Shown here piece after piece: positions 29,842-41,800 of a stretch of 64,000 nt of DNA. The stretch's first letter is position 1. Every line of letters begins with the position of its first letter. The position numbers and the translations under genes are program-made. Under the pieces are notes generated by a model. That model was given only the letters and a program-made list of their open reading frames with translations. It searched no databases and was not told where the DNA came from. The DNA is from an uncultured Verrucomicrobiae bacterium (GTDB lineage: Bacteria > Verrucomicrobiota > Verrucomicrobiia > Limisphaerales > Palsa-1400), in contig CAVPOM010000004.1 in assembly GCA_963707025.1 (NCBI GenBank), forward strand, positions 512,001 to 576,000, in the 5' to 3' direction.

Positions 29842-32800
29842 TTCCCCACCTCCGGTGTTTTGCTGGCGCTGCTGACGGCCGTGGCGGGCAGGGTTTGGCC
29901 GCACAGGTCATGCACCAGCACGTCATTGGCGTAGAACGAAGTATCCCAGCCAAGCCTCAAGGTGTAAACCTTCATGCTTTGGTCCATCGGCAGATTGGCG
30001 GCGACGCGCACGCGTTCGCCCTGGGAATTAAAGAGCCAGTCGCCCGGTTGCAGGCGGGAAACCGCGGTCCAGCCCCTGCCATCCACCCAGAAGAGATGCT
30101 CGGCCGTGGCCTCCACGCTGCGCGCCGCCGCGCCGTTGACGCCCGAGAGGCGGATTTCATGCACGTTCGCAGATTGCAGTGAGTAATTATTCACCACCAC
30201 CGCGATGTTATCCGTCCGTTCGCCGCTGCGGACGCGATCATTGGGGCGGATGCCGGCAATAGGTTTCCATGAGCCGTCGGCCATCAAGACCTCCGTATCC
30301 GCCGCGAAACAGCCATTGCCGGTGGGCTGGAAAGCCTGGTTGGACTGCTGCGGATCGGGCGCGGGACTAACCCCGCTAACACCGGGAACGCCTCCCACAT
30401 TGGAAAGGAGGGTCCCGATGATGCATCCGATGTAACTTGCGACAGCGGACGGGGCTGCAGTAACTATGTCCGCCACGCCTTCGGCAAATTGGACCGTGGA
30501 CATGGCAATGGCGGCGGCGCCCGCCAAGGCGATCAGGGTATTGTCCTTTTGACAGCGGCCCTCGGCGTTGGCAATGGCGTTGAGGCCTTCAATGAAGTCC
30601 CCGATGCCGCCGAGGAATCCGCCCAAGTCAGGCAGGCAACCGGCCAAAACATCTCCAGCACCCTGCTGGGTTTGGCCATTGGGGCCCCAATAGGTGACCG
30701 TGAAGGGAACATCCACAGACTGTTGCGGGAGCAGGACGGGCATGTAGGTGATGAGCGGCAGGTAGCTTGCCAAATTGTCCTGCGAGCCTTTGATGTTGAC
30801 GTTTTCCATCTGAATAAGCCCCTGGTTGCCCACCGTCACATTGTAGTTGGCCTGGAAACCCGGGGTAACATTATTGAACCGCATGAAAGGAGGCGCGACT
30901 GTCAATACGGGAACCGGCACGAAGGTCTCATAAGTCTCGGTGACAGAGATGTCGTAGGTGTCCGAGAAAGGCACCGGGACGACGGTGAAGTTGACCGTGA
31001 CCAGGCTCCGATTGAGCCGCGCATGCTGGTAACCTGTCTGGTCGGCCACGATGGTCATCGGTCCCGAGCTGGCGGAACAGCCGGGCGCCGAGGCCTGCCA
31101 GCTCCACGCCCCTTCTTCCAGGTTAGTGATGGTGACCAAGCCATTGGTGTCCGTGTAATACGGCCCCAAATCCGCCTGGAGCAAGTCATTGTGCAGGCGG
31201 ATGGCCGCCCCCACCAGCGTGGTGCCGACGATGTCGTCCACATAAAACTGCATTCCACCGGTCAGGCTGGAAGTCACGATGGCATAAACACCCGCCGGGA
31301 ATGGCTGGTTGAGATTTGTTCCCTGAACCAGGATGCTGTCAGAGTAGAAGGCCAGCGGTGTGCCCGATGGCGGAGTGAAAACCACGGTGAGGCTGTTGGA
31401 CTGTCCCTGTGGCAAATCCGGAAGATGGATGGTTCCATCGGGCGCGACCGCCAAGTTGAGCTGCATCCAGGAATTGGTCGGCGGCGTCAGGGTGACACCT
31501 TTGAGGTCAGTCAAGCCGTTGTTGGCTATAATGATCTGGCCGCTCTTCTGGTCACCCCGGTTGACGCTGACCTCCAAGTAGCCTTGCGCCGGTGTCGTGA
31601 CGGCCAGGACCGGAACCGCCGGGAAGAGCGTGACCGTGCCGGTGAAGGTGGCCAAGGCTCCTTCGGCGGAGGTGAAGGCAAAGGCAATTTGCGCGGTGTC
31701 CGGCGCGTCAATGGCCGCCGCCATCTGCAAGTTGATGGTCTGGTTTTGCCCCGGCAGGACCATGAAGCCCCCCGCGGTGAGGTTGGTTCCGGTGACTTTG
31801 TCCAGAGGAACCTGGGTTGTGCCGGACAGCGTATAGGCGCTGAAGCTGCAGGTAAATCCGGTCAGCGGAACATCGCCGGGGTTGACCAAGGCAATGGAAA
31901 AGTTCAACGTGCCGTTCTTGGACATCTTGATGTCGCCTTGGGCGGGATTGGAGTAAACCCGGAAAATAAAGATTTGCGCCTGGTTGAGTTGGTCCACGAC
32001 GAGGGGATTGGCCGCCCACAGGCTCAGAGACCCGCCAAAACCCGGCGGCGGGTTATAGGTGTATTGGTAGTTGCCATTGGCATCGGTGGTCACCGGGATG
32101 TGCCAGCGGTAACCGCGCGTGGCGAAACCGAGGTTCAGGGCCGCATTGGGAAGGGGCAATCCAGTGGCGCGGGTGATGGCCTGCCCGGTGATGAGGACCG
32201 CATCGTCATTCGTGTAAATGATCTTGTCGGTTTGGGCCGTGCCGTAGTACGGCGTTTGCGCCAGGCCGGAGACCATGCTCCCAAACAGCGGGCCGGAAGT
32301 GAGTTGAGCCGGAGTGCCGATTTGGCTGTAGTTGGTGCCGACCACGGCTTCGAAGGTCACATTCCCGGTGCCAACCAGCGCCGCCGGCACCAGGACGTTG
32401 GGGGCGGTGAATTGAACCGAGGCTCCTGGGGCGACGTTCACATAGGCGGTGCCGTCCGGCAGGAAGGTGGTTCCCGGCGGCGTGCCTTGGTAAGGGGTGC
32501 GGCTGACTTCCTGACCCAAGGAATTCTGGACCGAGATATAAACATCGCCGGGCTGGTTTCCGCTGGCCCGCTCCACGATGAACTGCATGTTGACGTAACC
32601 GCGATTGAAGACCTGGACTTGGAACGGGGTCAAACCGCCGGCCAGCGGAAGCTGGTTGGCGGAGATGGCAACCTCGGTACCCGGCAACTGGCTGTTGACC
32701 AGCGTAAAGACACTCTGGTAGGTGACGCTGCTGCCCTCACTATCCGTTTGCTGGACCGCGCTTACCTGAATGGTCTGGGTGGCCACCACCGGGGCTTCCG

Positions 32801-35800
32801 CGACGATAACGCTTTGTTGAACGTTGCCGCCGGGACTGACGGTTGCAACCAGGTTCTGCGTCACACTCAATGGGTCCGCGCCCGGCACGGCCCGGTTCCA
32901 GATCACGCGCGCCAGCGGCAGGCTGGCCGTGCCGCTGAGGTTGGTGATCCCGGCTTGAAATTGATCAAAATAGCCGGTCAGAAGCGGGTTGCTGGCACCG
33001 GTCCCCGCCGCGTTTGCCAACAAACCAAAAGCCACCGGATTCACCGTGACAATGCGCTGGGGCCCTTCCTGCGCCGAAACGTTGACCGCCGTCACACCGT
33101 AGGTGATGGCATCGGACATCGGGAGGTTGTCGGTGTAGTTCGTCGCCGTCAACAGAACCGAGTTCTGTTTGATGCCGTTGCGATAGACATTGAAGCCCGC
33201 CACGGTGGGATCGTTGCTGCTCCAAGTGAGGACCGGCACCTGACCCAAAACAGACAGGACAGACAGGTTGTTGACAGGACTGACCAGCAACTGGATCGAG
33301 GCCGGAGCGCTCGGATTCTCATTGCCCACCGCGTCCACGGCGGAAACGATGTAGCTGTCCGTGCCGCGTGGAGGATAATCAATGACCGGCCCCGCGATGG
33401 ATAACGTCTGAATGCGCGTCCCGTTGCGATAAACGTTGTAATGGTCGGGTGTCTCCCCGCCGGACGGTTCCTGCCAGGCAACCCGCACACCGCTGGGAGC
33501 CAGGGAAACGGTGACATTGACCGGCGCGGCAGGGGGCGTGCTGTCCGACGTGGCGGTCACGACATTGGAAATGGCGCTTTCAGACCCGAGCCGGCTGGCG
33601 CTGATGCCATAGCTGTAAAGTCCGTCGCCCGGAGGCAGATCAACCACGTAATTGCTGGTGATGCCGTCGAGGTCCAAGGTATATGGAACGACGAAGTTTG
33701 ACCCCGATTCGCGGTAGAGCCGGTAGATTTGCGCGTTGCTGACGGCGTCCCAGGAAAGACGGATGCTTCCGCCCGCGAGGCTGGTGGCAAGCAGCTTCGT
33801 CGGCGCCGCCGGTGGCGCAGGCAGGGAGGTGTTGTAAAGTTCCAGGCGGCCGCCCGCAATGATATTGGTTCCGACATTGCCCACGCTGTCCTGGGCGCTG
33901 AGGGCAAACTGGCCAAATCCTGAACCCATCCCCGGCGTGAGGGCGAGCGTTCCGCTCCAGTTAATGCCGGTGCCCGCGAGTGCCACGGGAACCGCGGAGC
34001 CGGCCGGCGGCGTGAAGGCGAGAGTGGGGGCCGTGCCCGACGCAGCCGGTTTAGTCAAAGTCACGCCCACGGATACACTCGTATTATTGACAGTTTGCAC
34101 GGGGCCGGCTGGCGCGGTGGCGATCGTTCCGGCGGGAGGCGTGGTATCAACCGTCAAGGGCGCACCGGAGGGGGCGCCGTTAAACGTATTGCCAACCTGA
34201 TCCTGCGCGGTGGCCATTACAGACACCGTGCCGGACGGCGTGGTGGACGCGATGACAAACACCGTTTGGTACGTGTTGAGCGCCACGTTGGTAAGGCTCA
34301 ACAACACCGGCGAGGCGGCGCCATTGGGCCGGAAGGTCAGCGAAGGCGGCGAGGCGAGGGCTTTGGTGGAGGTCAACGTGATGCCAATGGGGCCAACCCC
34401 GGCAGGCGAAGGCTGGTTGTAGGCGATGCTCAGGGCGGGCGGTGTGGGATCGTAAAAGGCCGACACCAGCGCGGAGAGCGGGCTTGGATTTCCGGCGGCA
34501 TCAAATCCAACGACGCCAAAGTAATAGGTCCCCGGAGCCACGCCCTGGACCGTGTAAGACGACAAACCGAGCAAGACCGAATGGCCGGTGGCCAGATTGG
34601 TGCTGGCAAAGGGTGAAAGGCTCCAAAACACTTCGAAGGTGGCGGGCGGCTTGCCCGATGGTGCAAAGCTCCAAGTGAGATTCAACCCCGCGCCCGGCGT
34701 GTAAACCGGCTGGTTGAGCACCACCGCCGCCGGCGCAACGGTTTCCACGGTGACGTGCCGCGCGACCGAGGAGGCGGACCCCGTGCTGTCGGAGGCCACC
34801 GCAACGATAGTGTTGACACCTTCCGCCAGGGTGAGGCCGGCCAGGTTGAAATTGCCCTGGGCGTCTGCCGTGACCGTTCCCAGAAACTGGCTGCCGGCGG
34901 AAACCTGGACGCTCATTTCCGGCTCCGCGGTTCCGCTCACGGTCAAGGCCGGATTGTTGGTCACGTAGTCCCCGGCGGGCGAAGCGATGACCGGCGCCTG
35001 CGGCGGCGTGACGGCAACGATAACGTCTTCGGAGAGCGTGGCGAAGTTGCCCGCCGTATCCCGCGCCAGCAATTCGACCTGGTGAATCGCGCTGCTCAGG
35101 GAGCGAAGGTCGAAGAAGTACGAAAAACTCCCGCCAGCGTTGGTGATCTGCAACACGTTATCCAGATAAAACTCAATGTCCAGGACACCGAGCGCGGCGG
35201 TGGCAGAGCCGGTGACCGTCAGCGGACGGTTCAACGTCTGGCCATCAGCGAGGCTGAAGGAGTGGATGACAGGCCCGGCGGTCACATAATTGATGTCCAG
35301 CTCCAGGGGCGCATTGGTCTGGCCGGTGATGCTGCGGTATTGGGCAAAGACATGTTTCAGTCCGCCGCCTGCCGAGAGCGGGAAAGTGGCAAAGTTGGTG
35401 AACGGGACGAAAAAGACGCCATTGAAAGTAAAATCCTCGCTCAGGCGCATGGAAGCGGCCGTGCGGCAAGCCAGTTGCACGTTGGCCGACGGGGTGCCGA
35501 CCTGGGTCACGCCGTTGGAAGCGCCGAGCGCCGGGGTCAGCAGCGGTTCAAAGTTGAGGAAGGGATTGTAAGTGACATTGCCCGCCAACGACGCACTCAC
35601 GCCGGCGTCCACCGCCGTGCCCCACCAATTGTTGGCGGCCGTCATGGGCAGGCTGCCTGCGGCGAAGGCGTTGGTTTGGTTGTTTTGGATCACGGAGTTT
35701 TGCATGGCCAGCAGCGCCGTGTCCGATTGTTCGATGCCGATTCCGTTGCCGCTGACCAGGGCGTTGCTCGATGTCAGGCTGGCTCCATCCCGGAGGGCGA

Positions 35801-38800
35801 GGCCCGTCGTGTTGAAACTGGCTGTGAACGCTTGAACCGAGGGCGCGCAGGCGTTGAGCGTCAATCCCCGGCCGTAAAGGATTTCCACGAAACTCAGGCT
35901 CGACCCGCCCGCGCCGCTGCCCAGCGTCACTCCGGCCCAATCACCCGCCGCGGGAGTGAGGCCCGGCGAATCGTTGGCCGAATCAAAAATGACAGGCGCC
36001 AAGGCGGTGCCATTGGCGGTCAGAGTGCCCTGCTGCACCGTCAGGCTGGTGCCGGGGGCGAAAAACAACGTGGTGCCGGGCTGAATGGTCAAAGTCGCGT
36101 TGCTCACGACGGTCATGCTTTGATAGATGTTGACCACCCTCTGCCCGGGGCCGCCGATGCTGGTGTTGACGCTGATGTTGCCCGCATAGGGATCGGACCA
36201 TTCGGCCGTGGCGACGGCGGGGTTGAAGTTGTTTTCCGCGTTGAAACCGGCCACGGCGAAATAATAAGTCTGGGTGCGGTCGAGGCCGTCCACCTGGAAG
36301 GAAGTGGCGGCGGGGCCGAGGGTCGCGCGCGAATTGAGACCGGCGACCGAAGTGAAATTGGTTTGCTGGTAGTAAACCAGGAACCCGGCGAAGCCCAGCA
36401 GGCCTGAGGTGTTGTAGCCGCTCCACGAGAGGAGAGCCGAAGTGCCTCCCACCGCCGATTCTTGAACGGTGACCGGCGGCGGCACCGCGCTGGGAATGGT
36501 AATGGCCAGCGGCGAGACCGCGGCAAGGCTGTTGCCCGCCATGTCCAGCGCCTGGATGGCGACATAATACGGGGTGTCGAGCGCCAGACCGCTGAATTGG
36601 AAGCTGCGCGCGCCTGAGCCAAGCCCGGTCAGAACAGGCAGGGCCGCAACGGAGCTGAAGTTGGTGCCCTCGATGTAAACGCGGAATCCAGCCAGATCGG
36701 GCGGCGCGGCATAACCGGCCCAGCTCACCGTGGCGGAACTGCTGTTGGTGGCGGTCACCGCCAGGACCGGGTTGGGCGGCGCGGTGGCATCCACCACGAA
36801 CTGCGCCGGATTGGTCGAAACCAGGAAATCGCCATTGACATCCTGCGCGCCGGAAACCAACAACTGGACCGTGCCATCCATGCCCGCGGCGAAGGTGACG
36901 GGCGGGGTGTGGTAGGTATCATTGCTCAGCGCGTTGGTGGTCCAATAACCATTGGTCGCCACCACGGCTTGAGGGACGACGGCGCTGTTGGTGAGGAGGA
37001 TGATGGGGGAAATGTTGCTGGCCATGCTGCGGTCGAACCGAAGCGTCAACAGGAAGTTCGTGGTGGCCGGAACGGTCCCGGCAAAATTGGCGGTGATGTT
37101 GATCACCTGGGGCAGGACGTTGAATTGGCCGTAAACGGCCACGTATTGGAGATTGGTCGGATCCAGGGTGGAGAAAGTCTTGCCAAAGGCGGCCTGGGCG
37201 CTGGCTGGCGTGTTGCTGAGGGTGAACTGCTGGAACACGTAGTAATAGGGCGGATTGGTGACAGCCAGCGGGGCGCTGAAGTTGGCGGTCTGGCCGTTGG
37301 CGTAAGTGCCCCCTCCCGCCACCGCAGCCACGCCCGGCGGAGAGGTGGCGGTGGTGACAACATGAGTCACGTTCGCCTCCGTGTAGTTGGCCACAAATGA
37401 ATGATCGGCAAACACAACGTTGGTCAAGGAGAGGTTCGTGCCGACGACAGTGGGGCCTTCGGTCCAATTGGTGAAGTGGTAGCCGATATTCGGATAGGCC
37501 GTCAGCACGCTGGTGGCGCCGTAGATATATGAACCCGCGCCGAGGATGGAGCCGGCGGCGGCGGGATTGTTCGAAACAGAGATGGCGTAAAGGGGAAGGG
37601 CGAAGTTCGCGACCAGATTGCGATTCCGGTTTACCGTGAAGGAATAAGTGGCGCTGGTGCTCTGCAAGACGCCGTTTTCCGTCCAACCCGTGAAACTGTA
37701 AGGCAGCGTCGCGGTGTTGGCCGCGGCGGTGACGACGGCGGTGGCGCCTTGCAGATAATTACCCCCGCTGGACGCGGTGCCGCCGCCGGCGGGATTGACC
37801 GCGGTGGCAATGGTGAAGAGTTGCGCCCCGGCCACAGGCGTGGTGGTGAAATTGACCGCCTGGTTTGCGCCGTTCATCGCCACCGTTTGCGGGGCGACGT
37901 TGTTGTAGCCGGCGGCGGGCAGGCCGGTGACGCCCACTTGAAAGCTCTGGTTGGGAACGGAGATCTGGTAGCTGCCGTCGGCGCCCGTTATGGCTTGAAG
38001 AATCGAGGCGGCGCCGGGAATGATCACCTGGACATTGTCCACGAAGCTGTTGTTCGCTTCGTTCGGGTTTAAATCCAGGAAGGTCAAAGGAGTCAGGCTG
38101 GTGCTGGCGGTGAATTCGATCTGGACGCGTCTCCAGTCAAGGTTGCCGCTCCCGCCGCTGGTTTCGCCGAAGGTATAATAATTGGTGTCAATGGTCACTC
38201 CGAGAACGCTGTTGCGGCCGTAATGGCTGTAACTTCCATGATAAAAGATCAGGTCATAAGTTGTCCCGGGAGTAGTCGGGAAACTTTGCGTGACACCGCC
38301 GCCGCCGGTATGGCCCGCGGGGTCCATGAACTGGTTGCCGTCTTCCGCCGGGCCCTCCCAGTAAAGGCTGACCAAGTCCACATCGGCGCCGGCGTGGCCG
38401 ACCACGGCCCAGCCTGTGACGCTGGTCGAACCTAATCCGTAATAAGTGTAGGGCGTGGTTCCTATGGAGGGGAGTTCGAAGCTGCCATTTTGAACCAGGT
38501 TGCTCACGCCAACCATGTCGGCAAAAACCGTGACGCCGGAAATGGGATGGTTGCTGGTGTCGGTGACCAGCCCGCTGATTTGCAGGGGGGCGGCCAGGGT
38601 GGGCGGGGCCAGGGCCTGCAAGGTGACCGAGGCGGGTCCGTAGTTCAGGTCCCAATTCACGCCACCGCTCAGAGGCGGCAGGTTGGCGGTGGCAAAGACG
38701 CCCGACTCCGAAGCATAGGAGATGAGCGCAACAACGTCGCCCACGGCCGGCGTGTAGCCATTGAGAAGGTTGACGCCGAGAGTGCCATCGAGGTTGACAT

Positions 38801-41800
38801 TGCCTGGCAGGAACAACTGGCCGGCCAGGTTCGGCCCCGACAGGCCGAAATCGAGCGTGGCGCCGGCCTGCGCATAGGTGGCGGAGTTGATGAAGTTGAG
38901 GTAGCCTGATTCAATGTCGAACGCCCCCCCCGAATTGAGGACGGATACATTGTTGAAGGTGGTCCCGCCAAAGGTGACGGTTTTGGACAAGGTGCCGTTG
39001 TTGACGAAACTGGAATTGCCACCGCCATAAGCGCTGTTGATCTGGTAATCGTTCTGGACCAGCCAGAGGCTGTTGTTGGTGATGGCCGTGCCGCCGCTGC
39101 CCCGAACCGCCCCTCCCGTCCACAGCACCGTGCCGTTGTTGACCAAGACTGACCCAGGCATGTTCTTGTCGGAGCCGGTGGCCAGGTTGAGCACCGCGTT
39201 GCTCGCAATAGTCAGCCAATTGTTGTTCAGTCCGCCGGCATTCCAGTTCAAGGTCCCGGTGACGGTATTGGAGCCGGTCAAAGTGGCGCCTGAAAGGGTC
39301 AGGTTGGTGATGGCACCGCTGTTCTGGAAAGCAGGGCCAAGAACAAGATTGCCTCCGGCCAAAAGCAAGTTTGGAATTTGGTCGGTCAGGAGGGTGAGTG
39401 TGCCGCCGCTGAACTGGCTCGCCCCAGGACCCTCGAAGAGCGGCGGCGCGCCCGCGGAAAAACCGCCCCCTGTCAGACTGAGCGTCGCAAACTGGGCGAC
39501 GTTGTAGGTTCCGCCAAGCAGGCCCCCGCCCGCGAAATTGACGGCGCCGGTCTCGACATCCACGAAACCGCTGTTTTGAAAGGCAACAGAGCCGTTCAAG
39601 GTGGTTGTGCCGTAGGTGCCCTGTTTGCGGAACGTGCTGTTATTGATGAAGGTCACGCTGCCGCCATTGTTGTAGATTTGATCATCGGACTCTTCCAGCC
39701 AAAGCCCGTTGTTGTCGAACACGGCCCCATTGTTGCCCACCAGCGTGGCGCCGTTCCAGAAGACGGCGCCGAAGTTGGTCAGGGAACTGGCGGGGAAATT
39801 GAGATTTCCACCGGAAACCAGGTTCAACACCGCATTGCTGGCCACCGTCAACGAGCCGCTCAAGGAACCCGCCCCCCAGGTGTAGGCGCCGGTCACGGTG
39901 TAGTTGCCGGAAAGGGTCGCGCCCAGGTTGGTCAAATTGTTGATCGCGCCCGCATTCTGAAACGCCGCGCCCAGGACGACGGTGCCGCCTTCCAGGAGCA
40001 GGCCGGGAGCCAGGTCGTTCAGCAGCGTCAGCGTGCCGCCGGTCAGCCGGGTGGTCCCGGCGCCGGTGATGGAGGGCAAGGCATTGAACACAAAGCTGCC
40101 GCCGTTGAAATTGATGAAGGCGCCGGAGGCGGTGTTGTAGGTCCCCGAAAGCGTGCCGCCGGAGTTGAGGTTGAAAGCGCCGCTTTGGGCGTCCAGCGTG
40201 TTATTGTTGACAAACGCCAGGCCGGTGATGGTCGTCGTGCCAGTGGCGGCGGATTTGCGCAGCACGCCGTTGTTGATAAACGTGGCCGCGCCGTTCCCAA
40301 AACCAATCTGGTTGTCGCATTGCACCAGCCACAGATTGTTGTTCGTCACCACCGAAGCAGCATTGCCGTTCAGGTTGCCTCCGGTCCAATTGACCTGGCC
40401 CGAATTGATCAGCGCGGAACCTGACATGTCTTTATCGGAGCCGCTGAGGTTGAGCACGCCGTTGGGGGCGACGGTCAATTGGCCGCTGAGAGAGCCGCCC
40501 GTCCAATTGAAAGTGCCGGTCACGGTGTTCGTGCCCGAAAGGGTTGAGCCGGCAATGGCCAGGTTGGTGATCGAGCCGCCCTGGAAGGCAGGGCCGAGCA
40601 CGACCGTGCCGTGAACGAGGTAAAAGCCGGGGGGGATGTCGTTGAGGATGGTGAGCGTCCCGCCGGCAAACTCACCGGCCCCGGAACCGGTGAAGGCCGG
40701 CAGGGCGCCCAGGGTAAAGGCGCCGCCATTGAAATAAATATAGGAGCCCGCCGCGGTGTTGTAAGTCCCGCCGAGCGTCCCGCCGCTGTTGAAGTAAACC
40801 GGTCCGGCCTGGGCGTCCACCGTGCCATTGTTGACAAACGACAGGCTGTTGAGAAAGGTCGCGCCGCCGTTGTTCAGGGTCCGCAAGATGCTATTGTTGA
40901 CAAAGGAGCCGCCGTTCAGGCTGATCTGGTTGGCCGCCTCCGCCAGCCACAGCCCGCTGTTGGTGATGACGGTGGCGGCGTTGCCCGAGAGGGAGCCGCC
41001 CGTCCAGAGGACCGTGCCGAGATTGACGAGGGTCCCTCCGGAAAGACTGACATTGCCGCTGATGTTCAGCGCCGCGGTGGCCGGGATGGTCAGCAGTCCG
41101 GCCACCGTGCCGCCCGTCCAGGTGAACGCATTGGTGGCGGACAGGACGCCCGGGCCTTGCAGGGTCCCGCTGCTGAAATGGATATTGTTGACAGTAGCGC
41201 TGCCGCCGATGTTGACGGCGCCCCCGTTGGCGATGGTCACGTTGTCCAGCACCCCGGGAACGCCGTTGGGACTCCAGTTGCCCGGTGTAAACCAGTCGGA
41301 GGAGACCGCGCCGGTCCAGGTGTAATTGGTGGTCTGCGCCTGGTCGGAATAGACCGTGATGTTGACCGGCGCGGAGGTTGCGACCGCGCCCGCCGCGTCA
41401 ATCGCCCACGCGCTGAGGGTGTAAATACCGGGGGAGACGGAGTTCCAGGTGAAATTATACGGGCTGCTCAGGGCCTGCCCGATCAGGTTGGTGCCCTGGT
41501 AGAACTGGACGGCGGCAATGGCGGCATTGGTGTCGCTGACCGTGGTGGCAATGGGGATGTTGACAGGAATGGCGAACTTCTGGTTGTTGGTCGGACTGGT
41601 GATGCTGATGGCCGGACCGAGCAGGTTGGTGATCAAAAGGGTCACGGCACTGGCGCCATAGGTGAGCTGCCAGGAAGCCCCATCGGCCGGAAGATTGGTC
41701 GTGGAAAAAGTCCCGCTATGCGAGGGATAACTGATGATATTGAAAGTGTTGCTCAGGCCGAGGACATAATTGTTGTCCAAATTGACATTCAGGGTGCCGG

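Noticed and set aside
29838..29906. Polymorphic toxin tip and immunity gene after the Hint
   Set aside because: Only 22 residues follow, and the next gene is a large secreted protein
29907..30311. Classical mobile intein
   Set aside because: No endonuclease, terminal Asp followed by Leu rather than Asn then Cys/Ser/Thr, and not inside a conserved host enzyme
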